Below, one piece after another: positions 41,601 through 55,335 of a DNA stretch of 64,000 bases. The stretch covers positions 22,168,150 to 22,232,149 of the forward strand of contig NC_134026.1 in the NCBI RefSeq assembly GCF_964204645.1. The letters are read 5' to 3'. Position 1 is the stretch's first letter. Each line of letters opens with the position of its first letter. The notes under the pieces are model-generated. The model saw nothing but the letters and a program-made list of their open reading frames with translations, ran no database searches and had not been told where the DNA came from. The position numbers were made by a program, and so were the translations under genes. The DNA comes from Tubulanus polymorphus. Its lineage: Eukaryota > Animalia > Nemertea.

Positions 41601-44600
41601 TTGCCAAGTGGGCAGATAATATCGTACTACACTGTAAACGCTTGTGGTCATGTCTGATACAAAAAAGTGCACAATTCAGGAATGTTTGCGCTGATACACG
41701 TGTATTGACAGAGAATGTGATGAAATTTAGGGTGATTTTCGAGAAGACAATTTTAACACGGCGATGCAAGTTCTCAAGGATACTGGTGATGCGGGAAAAG
41801 ATCAGAAAGGAAGAAAAGGTGGATTTAAAGGTTAGTTGAATTGTTACACAACATTTAAATTGCTGAATATAACTGGCGAGTCTATTCACTGATATATAGA
41901 GTCAATAAAATTTCAGGTGAAACGAATTGTTTCAAACTTGTTAAAATGATCAGCGAAAGAAACTTTCAACCAGTGATCGTGTTCAGCTTCAGTAAAAAGG
42001 ACTGCGAGGCGTACGCTTTACAGATGACGAAATTAGATTTTAATAGCGGTAAGTAATTAATCAATATATAAAGAATAATCAACTTTAGATATCAGTCACT
42101 TTGATGATGATAGATGTACAGTCGAACTGGCTTAATCCAGATTTTGGTCTTATCCGGAAAATAATTGCAGTCCATTTGTTCATTAATGTACAAGTAAATT
42201 ACTTTTTATCTGGATATCCCGTAAACCGGATGAATTTTGTTGGTTGCCAATGATCCGAATTAAGCGGATTCTACTGTAGTAACAAAGTAAACTTTTCTTT
42301 TTAATGAATTTGTTTTAGATAAAGAAAAATCACTAGTAGAAGAAGTGTTCAACAATGCCATTGATGCTTTATCCGATGAAGATAAGAAATTACCGCAGGT
42401 AATCAATAAATTGAGTTGTAGAGGAGAGCTGTGTTAACCCGGTGTCAAATCAGTAAAACATGAAAACAGATAGCACTTCATAGGTTAACCAGTTTTATCT
42501 AAGAATGATATGAATAGATGTGTTTGAATGGTTTTGATTTACTGTGATAGGTTGAAAATGTGCTGCCTCTATTGAAGAAAGGGGTCGGAATTCATCATTC
42601 CGGTTTGCTGCCGATCTTGAAAGAAACGATTGAAATTCTCTTTGCTGAAGGTCTAATAAAGGTACCAGTATCCAGTATTACTCTCCGATCTAATTGTTCT
42701 GGTTTCCCTGTGAATGAACTCAAAATCCTAATGCTGTTTTATATATTTCCAGGCACTTTTTGCTACAGAGACATTTGCGATGGGATTAAACATGCCCGCG
42801 AGGACAGTACTGTTCACCAGTGCTCGTAAATTCGACGGAAAAGACTTCAGATGGGTGAGTTTTCAGATGAATTGTAGTTTGATGTTGTTGCCATCATCGT
42901 CCTTGGCTGACATTTTATGTATGTCCAGGGGCTTCCCATAAAGAGCACTTAGCTGCAGAATTACTGTTATTTATTGTCCGTCACGATTTATGATGATGAA
43001 TTTTGAAACGTTGTAGGTGACTTCAGGAGAGTATATTCAGATGAGTGGTCGAGCTGGTCGACGTGGTATTGACGACCGGGGAATCGTTGTGTTGATGGTC
43101 GATGAAAAAATGACTCACGACGGCTGTAAACAAATCATTAAAGTAAGTTCTAAGATTATTAGTTAAATTCTTTTTTATGCTTTCGGATCATGTGTCTTAG
43201 CTTAACTCACCTTATTTTTGTCCATAGTCCTAATTACATGTACATACTAGTTGAAAATGTCAGAATAACTACCAAGATCAGACATGTGTCTTGGTTATAT
43301 AAAAAAAAACCCAGGCCCTTTCTACAGTTGTGAGTTATCGTTAGAATTCAGATGATTTCAGTGTCATAACTCTAAGTCAGATTTAACTCGGAACTGGATT
43401 CAGCTCTTCAGATCAGTATCCTCCAGCAAGTACCAAGTTTGCGGATGATTACTTTAAACAATATGTATAGATTAGATGTTTTGTTATTTTTTAGGGCCAG
43501 GCTGATCCCTTGAACAGTGCTTTCCATCTAACGTACAATATGGTGCTGAATTTGTTGCGAGTTGAAGAAATTAACCCTGAATACATGTTAGAACGTTCGT
43601 TTTATCAGTTTCAAAACTACGCTGCTATACCCGACATGTATGATAGTAAGTCATCTTTCAATTGAAGAAATTGAGTTGAATCACATCGGCTTAGTCGGTA
43701 ATGTATTTTGCTTGTGTTACAGAATTGAAGAAGTTAGAAGCTGAACATAATGCTATAGTATTAAAAAATGAAGATCAAGTGTCTTCTTACTACAAGATTA
43801 GGCAACAACTTGATAATCTCAGCAAAGAACTGCTCACTTATATTCAGAAACCGCAATACTTGTTACCGTTTCTTCAGCCGGGTCGTTTGGTCAAGGTACA
43901 TAATTATAATATATGTCTATCTATTTTGTATGAAGACGTAAAGAAATTTTTGATGATAATATTTCCAGTACTTTTCTGTATGTGCATGTGCATGCATGTT
44001 ACAACTGGCCGTGTTACTGTACTAATTTGTGTGATTTGCTTTAGGTCAAAAATGGAGAGGATGATTTTGACTGGGGAATCGTCATCAACTTCCAGAAAAA
44101 GGCGAATAAAAGCGATGTATGTATTGTTCATTTGTCAACAGAAATTCAACAGATTCCTTTATTATTATTCCTGTGAAAACCGTAAATCTGCGCTTTTCTA
44201 GCTGCCACGAGATACGGAACCTGTTTATATCGCCGAAGTGTTGCTGAATCTATCGAAAGACAGCGCCAACAGTAGAAGCGTTGCTAATATAAAACCTTGT
44301 CCAGCCGATGCTAAAGGTGAAATGGTCGTTATACCTATAATGACAACCTTAATCACAGCTATTAGTTCTATTCGACTTTACGTACCGCAAGATTTGAAAC
44401 CGTTAGACAACAGACAGAGTGTTCTGAAATCCATTCAGGTGTGTATGTCTTAATGAAAGCAATACCGGTATTCCTCAAGAAATTCATCTGCATTCCAAAG
44501 TTAAATGTACATTATTTACCATGTATTTGCATGCAATCCAAATAGTCAAATTTTTGCATACTCAGTATGTATCTTTTTGCTTTTTTAGGAAGTAAAAAAG

Positions 44601-46724
44601 CGATTCTTCAACAAACTGCCCGTGCTAGATCCAATAGAAGACATGGGTATCAAAGAGAAGTCAATGAAAGAGGTCATCAAGGTAAGGAAAGCGTGATATG
44701 GACGAGAAGATACACAATATCCGTGTATGATGATGACGAGAGAAATCCCACAATAACAAAGCCAAAATATTCGTACTCGCCAGATGATGGCTAACAGTTG
44801 ATAGCCGAAACATTGCTCCTCAAATGCAATCATTCTGATATAGAATTTTTCAATTTTGGCTTTGTTATTGTGGGATTTCTCTCGAAAGCGTGATATATCT
44901 TCTTTCTGTATGCAAATATCCTATATAATGATACTGTTATGCACGTATACCTGGAAAAATGGTTTCAGAAAATTGAAGCATTTGAGCACAGAATGTATTC
45001 ACATCCTCTTCACAATGATGAAAATTTAGAAGAATACTATAATCTCTATGACAAGAAAATGTTGGTGAGTAAAGTATCGAACGGTACTGCATATTTCTCC
45101 CTAAGTTTGAGCTGAATCAGGTCTCTAGAAGCCTAGTAAATTACTAATCTATAAAAGTGTTTTCTTCCAATTCCTTCTTTCGATACAGTTAATCAATAAA
45201 GTAAAAGCGGCCAAAGCTGACCTGAAGAAGAAACGTTCTCTGTTACAAATGGATGAATTGAAATGCCGAAAACGTGTTCTACGACGTATGGGTTACGCAA
45301 CTGCACAAGATGTTATTGAAATGAAGGGAAGAGTTGCTTGCGAAATCAGCAGGTATTCACTACTACCGAGTATCAAACCATTTTGATGCTCTAAACTTAT
45401 AGAGGGCTTGTTTGCCATTGATATATTTGAAAAACAACACAGCTCTGAGAAAAACAGACTCTACTGGTATTGATTCATGGGCGAATCAAAGGGGTGGTTT
45501 TGGGGATCTGGATCCCGGCCTTCTTATTGGGGTTGCCCTTTTTGTCAAGATGAAGATTTTTTGAAAACTTTTAAATTTGACTGTAATCCTCTCGGAAATT
45601 TTAACCTTTTGGATGTATTTCTTCAATGAAAACCGAAAGCCGAACCCCAATAGAGGCCTTTGACTTGGTTGCTTTATCCGAGAAATGCATTTTCTTTTCT
45701 TCTGGACCCTGGCCGGCCTTTAAATTTTCCTAGATCCGCCCATGTGATTGAAGCAATTATTTGTAACATGTCACTGATTCACTTTCAGTGTTGATGAATT
45801 GTTAGTGACGGAACTGTTATTTAACGGGGTGTTCAATGATTTGACTGCGCCTCAAATTGCAGCACTTCTCAGCACATTCCTGTTCCAGGAGAAAGCCACC
45901 ACCATTCCTAAACTCTCGGAAGAACTATCAGGACCTCTAAGGATAATGCAGGTATAATAATCCATACTATCATTAACATAAAACTTAATTCCAGAACTTG
46001 AAATTCATAAGTTATGAGTGCTTATTGATCTTTGATAACAATAAGAAGCTTAAGTAAGATCTGTCCCTGGAGGAATTGGATCATTGTCCTGCTTTTACCT
46101 AAACAGTGCTACATTAAAGCTACAATAAATGATATTCATTTCTTGAATGTTCCAAGTACCATAGATGTTTTCAACTTCTGCAGGACACCGCAAGAAGAAT
46201 AGCGCGAGTAAGTCGTGAGGCTAAACTGGAAGTAGATGAAGAAACATACGTTGAATCATTCAAACCTCATATGATGGACGTAGTACACGCTTGGTGCAAT
46301 GGATGTTCGTTCGCCCAAATCTGTAAAATGACCACTGTGTTTGAGGGTACGTACCAAACATTTATCCCTGATCTGAAGAATGCATCAAGTTTGAAAATTT
46401 TAAGTAGCTTATTTTGAGTGCCTTAAAATTTTTCCTGATTTGGATTATGTATATGATGAAATTTATCTTGCTTATTTCCAGGAAGTATTATTCGTTGCAT
46501 GCGCAGGTTGGAAGAAACTCTTCGACAAATGGTACAGGCATCGAAGGCAATCGGCAACACGGATTTAGAAAACAAATTCTCTGAGGGTAAATACATTTCA
46601 ATCAGTTTTGTCATGCAACCAATTTCAACTGTCTAGTCGTAACTTGTGAATTTCATATTTTCAATTTTCAGGTATAACAAAAATGAAGCGAGATATCGTG
46701 TTTGCTGCGAGTTTATATCTGTAG
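38668..46724 (+). CDS. MTREX: Mtr4 exosome RNA helicase (SKIV2L2), multi-exon
   Basis: [13 protein letters not shown] start, SAHTSAGKT (motif I), [41 protein letters not shown], and the C-terminus [12 protein letters not shown]. Confidence 0.97.
39058..39296. mobile_element. Long palindromic MITE in MTREX intron 1
   Basis: TAATGTCTATTTCAACCTGACTTGAGAGCATTC... and its reverse complement form ~95-bp arms. Confidence 0.8.
42119..42276. mobile_element. pogo/Tigger-like MITE
   Basis: TA|CAGTCGAAC..GCTTAATCC...GAATTAAGCGGATTCTACTG|TA. Confidence 0.75.
44700..44883 (+). mobile_element. Penelope-like mini-element with a mutated hammerhead core, in a MTREX intron
   Basis: 13-bp TSD GAAAGCGTGATAT (44687-99 / 44884-96). 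Core CAGATGA-T-GGCTA-loop-TAGCC-GAAA at 44781-44810. Internal inverted arms GAGAAATCCCACAATAAC. Confidence 0.7.
45476..45744. mobile_element. MITE with CATGGGCGGATC-type TIRs
   Basis: CATGGGCGAATC / GATCCGCCCATG, flanked by TGATT on both sides. Related termini occur at ~29355 (actin A intron) and ~57117. Confidence 0.6.
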
Positions 46725-47745
46725 TTTCCGTTGTTAATGTTGATCTCGTTAGAAGTCAAGTTTGCGCAGTTTAAGATTCTTTCTAGCTTAGAGGAATCTA
46801 TGATCATAAAAATGTTCGCTTGAAACCTTGAATCACGGACACTGGTAATCAATCACCAAATGAAAATTTCGGAACTTTCATTATGGATCATTGTTTTAAA
46901 TGGCTACTGTAAAAAATCTTGCATTTATCTTTTGTAACTTTAATGTGTAAATAAAAAGTTTATGATATTCAAAATAGATTAGAGCGTAGTTGTTTACTAT
47001 GTTTTTCGTTAGTTTGATTAAATCCCACTAGCAAAGAAAATACTCATTTTTGTGGAACTCTGTCCAATGATTTCATTCACTCGACTCGTTTTCAAAAGAG
47101 TAGGTATCGAGACAAAAACCGCTTCATAACAACTCCCCGGAGCTCCGTCCTCATACTGTGCTGCACTAGATATTGTCGGAGTTACCCTTATGAGCGTGAA
47201 CAGTTTTGAAACATTCCTTAGCAGCCCGTGGAGACGCGTACAACTGTCAATCCCAGTCTGCTTTTTATGCTGGGTTACTCTGTCACTATGTGAGTAACCA
47301 GCTAAAACCAAACCAAACCCTCTCAGAATCCTTCAAAGTTTTGTAATGAAAAACAAAAAGTTACTTAATCCATCATGATAACTTAACCATCATTCATTAT
47401 TTCAATTCATCGAAATTAAATCAATAAATTGCTCCTCTATCTACTCAACATATGCCGCTACTACTTCTCTTGGTCTATTACCTAAATTCAGCCGTTTCTT
47501 CAACCCGTAACAACGACTGGAATTCAGACTACTACTACTCTCTACTACTCCTGGCATATTTTTGTCGGATAATAATACAAGTTTATCAAGACCAATCATC
47601 ATGGCAATCCAATATATGACGTGTCAATGAAAACAGATCACAGATAAACTTTATTAGGCTACTTTACTAAAGATATTGGAAATGTCAACTATCAAACAAT
47701 AATGCTGCTTTTTTCATTTCAGAATAAATCTATGAATTATTGTAT

Positions 47746-49648
47746 ATGAGTCGTGCTGCTGCCAAAATGGAATTGAATGATGCTCAGCCTCAAAGGTTGC
47801 AGATGGATGAAGTTAACTACTGGCATTACTGTCTATATAGCGTAGTTGGATTTATATGCATTTATTATGTCCTCAGTCCGTGTATCTCGGGCATCATTTG
47901 TCCTGGCTATAAAGTTCTCAGCGTTTCCAAAAAAGTTGACTGGAATGCAAGGTTAGTACTTTGTACGAAGGCAGGCCTACTTTCATTAAATGGGTACAAT
48001 AATGAAGGTCTATTATTATGATTGAAGAAGTGTTACAATGAGTAGGCCTAATGATCTTGGATGAAAAACCAAATTTCAAAGTTCTATTTTCAAAATTATT
48101 TTCAGGGTCATGTCAACTGCGCACGCAATCTTCGTAAGTTTTGGCTGCGTCTATGCATTTGCCGTTGATAGAGAATTGTCGGAAAATATACTGAGGTTAG
48201 TATCGAGTTAATTTAGCTGCACATTCATATTTCTTTTTTGGAGGAAATTATTATTCACGATCCTGACAAGAACATTAGCACGTTACAGTTAATAATTTCT
48301 TTAACATGAGAGTTTTTTATTGAGGTTGCACAATTTGAAATCACTGACATAAAAGTCTTCCTTTCATATCGCTGGTTAGGATAAGCTGAGTTTGTATACA
48401 ATTTTTGTGTTAATTGCGGTGTCATAATAATCCTTTTATTCACCTTTTTAAGAAACTAGACACGCTTTTCGGAAATTGTCTCTAATACTGCTCACTACAA
48501 AAACTGAAATGTACACAAATGAATGTACTTTGCAGGTCTAAATCACCAATTGTGTACACTGTTTGTGCCACTGTAATCGGATACATGGTTGCAGGTTTGT
48601 AATATCCACTAATTCGCGAATATCAAATAGCTAGGCCCAATTCATACCAATCCTTGCCTCAACTTTTAAAAGTTAGCTTAGCGTCAACCGTAACCTTTAA
48701 CAATTCGAAATGATTTTACGTGTGAGCGAATAGTAATGTCACTGCGTGCTCTACTATGATATATGTAATCTTGCTCAATTTTATTAATTCATTTTCTATG
48801 CATAGATTTGTTAATAATGCTGAAACATTATGAGTCAATCGGACATTCAACATATCTGCTTCACCATTTAGCTTCAATATATGCGTATTATTTTCTTATG
48901 GTGAGTACAATCAATGAATTCTCAATCAACTCTTTATCTCATGTTAATTGAAGACTCTTGTGAAATTCATTTATTTCTTTTCCAGCAATATGGATTACTT
49001 TCTTATTTTGCAAATTTCCGGTTGATTGCTGAATTCTCAACGCCTTTTGTAAACTTAAGGTAAGACACATATGAGTTGATACTTGGCCCTCAGTTTTACG
49101 AGAAGCTATTGGATCTTTATTTTTGCACCTACTAGAAGTGTGATAGATCAGCAACTGATAATTTTGAAAACCAGGCCTTACCTTCATCGAACAGATAAAC
49201 AATCTCTATAGTGTATGGCTCTTTTTTAATTGTTTCTGTCTCATCTCTGAGCAGGATCCTCAGATATCAAACCACTCCTTAGCGCTCATATAAATAATGA
49301 TTTTGCTTCAGTGACTAATCTGTAGTAAATGAAATCCATTTCTTTTGCAGATGGTTTTTGAGTGCGTTAGGAAAACCAAAATCGTCTGTATTATTCATTG
49401 TCAATGCGATCATGTTGGGAGCTACTTTCTTCCTTTTTCGTATACTCGTAATGCCGTATTTCTGGTATAAAGCGTACTCGGTTTACGACGACCTCGCTGA
49501 TGACGTCAATAAACTCTACGCCGTGCTCATTGTTACGTGCAGTGCTCTGGATTTGACAAATATAGTATGGTTTTATAAGATATGTAGTTTGGCTCGGAAT
49601 TTACTGGTTACTGTCGACAAAAATGACAATAGCTTGAAGGCGGACTAA
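47746..49648 (+). CDS. TLCD4: TLC-domain protein 4 (TMEM56-like), multi-exon
   Basis: Spliced motifs DWNARVMSTAHA, GYMVADL, YLLHHLAS, LIAEFSTPFVNLRWFL and FFLFRI, and NIVWFYKI. The start may be 47767. Confidence 0.85.
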
Positions 49649-50215
49649 GAAGATTATTTGAGTTGTGTTGTAGATTTGATGAAATAGGACATCATTCCAT
49701 GAGGGTTAGATATAAAGACTAATTAAATGTTCAAATAGCCCTATAGTTATTTTGAGTCAAATGTTTAACTTAACAACAGAATTAAGGTCTCTTTCTCGTC
49801 CCTTAATGTCGAATTGAGAAAAACTGAAAATTTGTGTGTAGTAATTTCTATTTCCAAATTCATGTACACTTCATTTTGACACATTTTATTTTAAATGAAT
49901 GCATATTTCACTATTAGATAACTGATAGGTATTTCTACATTCAAAGCTATTGTGTTGTAATGTATTTATAGTATATTTTTATTACCGTTGCTTCATCCAT
50001 GTAGCTCTAGTTACAGGGGTACCGTATAGCGGGGTAGTCCAGATCAAAGTCCACTCCTGTTAGCTTTCATAAGATACTCGAGTGGAGCTTTGATTTTACC
50101 CTGTGGTCTGCGGGATTTACGGATGTGTATGTGTTCATCTATAAAAAATCTATTTTATCTATACAAATTTGTTGACTTTGAATTTGCTCAATGATAAGCG
50201 AAGTTAATGTCTCCC

Positions 50216-50336
<121 letters not shown>

Positions 50337-50850
50337 GTTTTTCATCTTATCATATCATTGAATTTGTTATCTACAGATTTCCAATGCTGGTATGTTATGT
50401 AACTTCATCTTGTTTTAATGTAAATGGGATCAATTAAGATTTTGGGTAACTGCTATAATTCTCATTTTATAAGTGTTCGTAATAAATTTAGTTTTCTTAT
50501 CAAAAAGTTTATATTTTCATTGCAAATGTGGCCCACTCAGATGATCTGTTGGAAACCAGTTTTCAACAGAAAAGGACTCCCTAATATCTTATTCAGATTA
50601 TCCCAGATTCAAACCTGGTTGGTATATACCCCATTTTCCAAAAAAAACTGGTTCGAACCTAATTATTAGGTCCTTTATTCCGCACTTGGATAGCGCCCAT
50701 TACTAGAAACTAGTATTTGATTTTGAAATAATAAATCTATTTAAAATATCAACTATGTACAATTAAGACAATCGAATTTAACAACAAATGGTGGATTCGA
50801 ACCCAACCCAGGTCCGAAAACTGGTATGTTACGAATACGAATAGACCATG

Positions 50851-51060
50851 TTGGTGGCAGCACTATACGGTCACCTAGTGGAATTTCTGTGAACTAATGT
50901 AATAATAATAACGTGAGCTACTCGATCGCCGAGTAGCTAACGACCAACTAATGATCTCCATATTTTGAATATTAAGTGGAAATTAATGTATTAATGCGGC
51001 CGCGGTATTGTATTAGTTCACAGAAATTCCGCTAGGTGACCGTACGGTGCTGCCAACCAA
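50851..51060. mobile_element. MITE with ~55-bp TIRs next to a promoter
   Basis: TTGGTGGCAGCACTATACGGTCACCTAGTGGAATTTCTGTGAACTAAT is inverted at ~51006-51060, with a central hairpin AGCTACTCG/CGAGTAGCT. An ETS-like CCGGAAGTG lies at ~51087. Confidence 0.7.
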
Positions 51061-51700
51061 GTTTTGCGGCATTCAGCGAAATTAACCCGGAAGTGTTGTA
51101 CAAGGTAAACAACAGATCCGTGAAATGATATTGAGATTGAAATCATCACAAGATAATCTCTCCTCCATATGCAAACGATGATCTTTTAAATGAAAGGACT
51201 TCTTGCCCTTGCATTTACTTTATGCCAAGGTTTGTTTAATAATACACACACTGTTACTGTTAGGGTAGACAGAGTGACTCTTAGTTACCTTTGTCTTTGA
51301 CATGACATTGTTGACAGTCGGTCTACAGTTCTTTTTTCTCTTTCATTTTCTTTAAGTTCTCAAATTAAAAAGGAAGGTGATATTTTGCCAATGCGGCATA
51401 ACTATTCCGGTGGACCCTGCTTTGCCAGCCCAATGGCTGGTTCCAACATTGACTGCGCGCAGCTTGATATTTTTCATTTGTTTGTTGGCAAAAGTGGTAT
51501 ATACTAACTAAACTATAAATAATGCTGCATTTCAAAATATCCACTTCCGATTTGACATGTCTTAATTTTTCGATGATTAACCTAAATTTTTCTGTAATCT
51601 GTAGCCATATGTTGCAGATTCCGTTATTTTCCGGTTATTTGCTTTTTGGGTACAGCTCCAATTCAATTCATTTTTCAGGTGAACGAACACTGAAGAAAAT

Positions 51701-54700
51701 ATGATTCGTGAAAATGACACAAGTGTAGGCAAAGCAGTGGAAGAGCGCAAAGAATTTGCACCTCTTTTGATGCCCGTCTCGCACCCTGTAAAGAAAAATG
51801 TCATTAACTACGAGGCTAATTGCAGCGAAAATGAAGAAACCGCCGAATTTTCTGACAAAGTTTTATTCATCCATCAGAAAAAGACTCGAACTTCTCTCCT
51901 TTTCAACGATTCTTTGATTTTGGTTCTCGAATTTCTTCAACTATTCGCCCTGCTGCAATCGCTTTCCTTACGTTGGCCATGGCCGCCGATGTGGGTGCGT
52001 AATTTCAACTTCTTGATGTTGTTCAACTTTGACGTTTGGGAATTCATTAAAGTTCACACGAACGGAACGTACAAGAGCGTCAAAGATTATTACACCCCGA
52101 GCGACACCGTTCCAATTCCATTCTGGAGCATCTTGTTAACCTGGGGTTTGATTATTGTATTCCTCGGCGTGGCCTATGTCGCTGCCTATATTACACTACA
52201 CAAGAAGAACGGCCCATTCTTATTCGTACAACTGGCTCGTATGCAACGAGTTTACATCATTCTCGTGCAGGTTCTAGCCGTACCGATCGGTGTAACTTTG
52301 GGCAAGTTATTTCACCGTGACGATAAAGGACAACTCGACGTCGACAACAAAGTCATATTTGGAGGTGTCATCCATCTCAGCGCTTACGTCGTCCCTTCGA
52401 TATTGTTTTCGACGTTTTTCTTCGTCGTACCGACGATATTCTTTGTAAAGATCACGCGGCGAGAGACGCTGCGAATGGGCACAAAGAAGCACGAACAATT
52501 CCTGCAACTGAAAGAACTCGAATATAACCACAGAATGGATATGCTCTGGCAGATCGCTCACTATCATATTTTCTCGTCGTTTAAGAAGTTTGGCACGTAC
52601 TACCGGGCTGGTGTACACATTGGAAAACTCATTCTGCTCATAGTCTATGCTGGTCTATTTCAATTCACCCTCCCTCAAGCTGTTGTTGTGACATTGGTAC
52701 TGGCCATCATGCTGGTGACTTTCTGTGTAATTCGCCCATTTAGAGTACGTTCGTTTAATTCCATGTTGATGTTAAACTACCTATGTTTGTCAGCTGTTTC
52801 TTTGATGGGTGCCCTCATTGCCAGTTATAACCCATATACTGTCCAGTCCCCTTGGTTTACGCCGAACTATAGTTTCTGGGTCATCATTCTTATAGCTTCT
52901 ATCTGGTTGATCTGCGCTCTCGTCTTTTTCATTCACATTGCTCTTCGTTATCATGGTTTGTGTATCTGCTTCAAGAGGCCTCTTTGGCCTTTGTTGACAT
53001 CTGAAGGCCTCAATAAACTCGGACCTTACACAAAGAAATACCTGAAAGCAATGCTGAGATCAAGGAGAGTCTTAGGTAGGCTTTTTCTCGTCAGTCAAAG
53101 ATTTATTTCAATAGGCTATGAGGAAATCAGTTCAATTTTCCATCTTATAGGTCTAAAACAGTCCAACATTTGTTCTTTTTTCAGAGAAAACACTTGCCAT
53201 GCCTCCGATATTTGCCCCAGTGCACGACTTGGTTAGAGAAATACGGATTATTAACGCTTACGCTAGAGAAGCGGAATATCTTAAAGACCCTATCCACGAT
53301 TCACTTCTGGACGTTCTCGACGAGTTGATTGATTGCCACGGAGAACTAGCTCCGAGATCTTTGTTTGCAGGTGATAATTGCCTTGGCTAAACTTAGTGAT
53401 AAAACTTGACAATAATTTCCAACAAATATTAGAGAAGGGTTATCATTTGAAATAAATTATCGTTATATTTTCTTTTAGCGAGTATTAAGGATAGTATTCG
53501 TCAGACTAGCGCTATGTTGATGGATATGATGCCAAAGTTTGTTCATTGTTTAGCGCAGCGAGAATATGATTTCTTACTAATGAATCCAGTTAAAAGACGT
53601 CTTCTACTGAAAATGTACTGTATGGGTATGTATAAACCAGTTGGCCTATATCAATTAGTCTTACCTGAATCAGTAATGCAGTAGAACCGGTTTTCAATTC
53701 TGTCATTGATTAGTTAAGGACCTGACTGGCAAAATCCCTAAAAGCCTTCTTGAAGGTGTACTGGTTAATTGAACGCTCAGATTAACGTAAAGATTTGTTA
53801 AAAGCATGTAAGTGAATAATCTCTAGCTGCTTTGTGTTTTGATTGATAGGTGTTTTCCTCAATGGACGTGCGGATAAAGTTAAAAAGAAGCAGGAACTTG
53901 CACCAGCAGTTGAGAAAGTATGGATCCAAAGAGATGAGGATGCAAAAAGTGAGTGCCCATGATGAAATACATAGTATTCTGTGCAATAATGATGCTAGTA
54001 AGAACTACATGATTCCATAATGATAAGTAAATGAAATACTGATTATTGGAAAAGTTAATATCTAATAGTAATTAAATGTTTCCCTGCTTAATCAACTTCA
54101 GTCTTCTGAATAGATGTGTGTGTTTTCAATGTTGCTGTCTTATTTTGAGAGTTTTCCAATTTCGCTCTGTAGGTGAAGCTGGTTATTATGGTGACATGTA
54201 TCCAGAACCAGTTTTACCAAGTTTCCAGCCGTACAATAAGGATGTCTCGGCTGATATTCTATTGAGCGATGACGATGATGACGAGTATCTAGCTATGCTC
54301 GACGAATGGGCTGCCAATAATCCTCTATCGAGACAAGACAGACTGAATGAGGTAACTAGGGTTGATTTAGTTACTAAACAATCATTCTATTACTTAGCTG
54401 CTGTGTATGCTGGAGAGCTTTTGTCACTATGTAGTCAATTCACATTGATAATATAGAAATTATATTTTTATTTTGATCAAAATTTTTGAAAATTTCGATT
54501 GTTTCAATTCTCATACAAACTTATAGAGTTTTAAACCTTTAAGCTTTTTATTTCAGAGCCTGGTGAATTTGTTAGAAGAATGGAAAGATGTTCAATCAGG
54601 ATCAAGAATACCAAGTACTAATGTTACCCCTGAGCCAATGCCTGGCATTTCTAATGAGACCAAACTATTAATGGGTAAATATTCTGACTATTTCTTCGCT

Positions 54701-55335
54701 CAATTTGAAATGGTCTAAAAGGAATTTCATAAATCCCATGGTCGATTGCAGATTTAGGATCGAATGAGACCGGCATTGTTAATATGGCGTACCATTCAGA
54801 TGAGGATGTTGAGAAAATTGTCCAATTGCCTGAAACTGAAGAAACTTTGATCGACATCACGCCGGTTACTACAGCGCCAAAAAGGAAGAAATCAATGAAT
54901 TCGTCGAAAGCTGCTTCACGCAATTTGCAATCCAGTGTGGATGAGGCGGAAACAGAAAGAATGCTACAGGATGAAGAATCTTCTCGACAGACGATGAACG
55001 AAAATCCGGATGAACCTGCCGTCGATATTGAGGCGAGTTTACCTCGTAAAGGGCGTAAACTTTCGCGAAAAACGTCACGTATGAGTGTTAAGTCTCAAAA
55101 CGGAAATGAAGGCGACAAACAGCGATCTAAATCGGTGACAAGAAGAGAAACTTCGGAGAAAGAAGAACCGGTCGTGTCCACTGAATCAAAGCGTAGAAAA
55201 TCTAGTGCTAAATCATCCCCAAAAACACCTAAGAAGAAAATTTCACAATTTGCTAAGAATGAAGCAAATAAATCAGACGGTTATGTCGAGATCCCCAAAA
55301 TTACTACGCAAAAAATCTGTACCGGAAATGGGTGA
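51701..55335 (+). CDS. Uncharacterised multi-pass membrane protein with a charged low-complexity tail, multi-exon
   Basis: Large exon 51701-53075 has many hydrophobic segments (LEFLQLFALLQSLSLRWPWP...). Further GT-AG exons start near 53185, 53479, 53850, 54172, 54557 and 54752. Confidence 0.75.

Noticed and set aside
42890-43000. H/ACA snoRNA candidate in a MTREX intron
   Set aside because: A first hairpin and AGAGCA are present, but there is no convincing second hairpin or terminal ACA.
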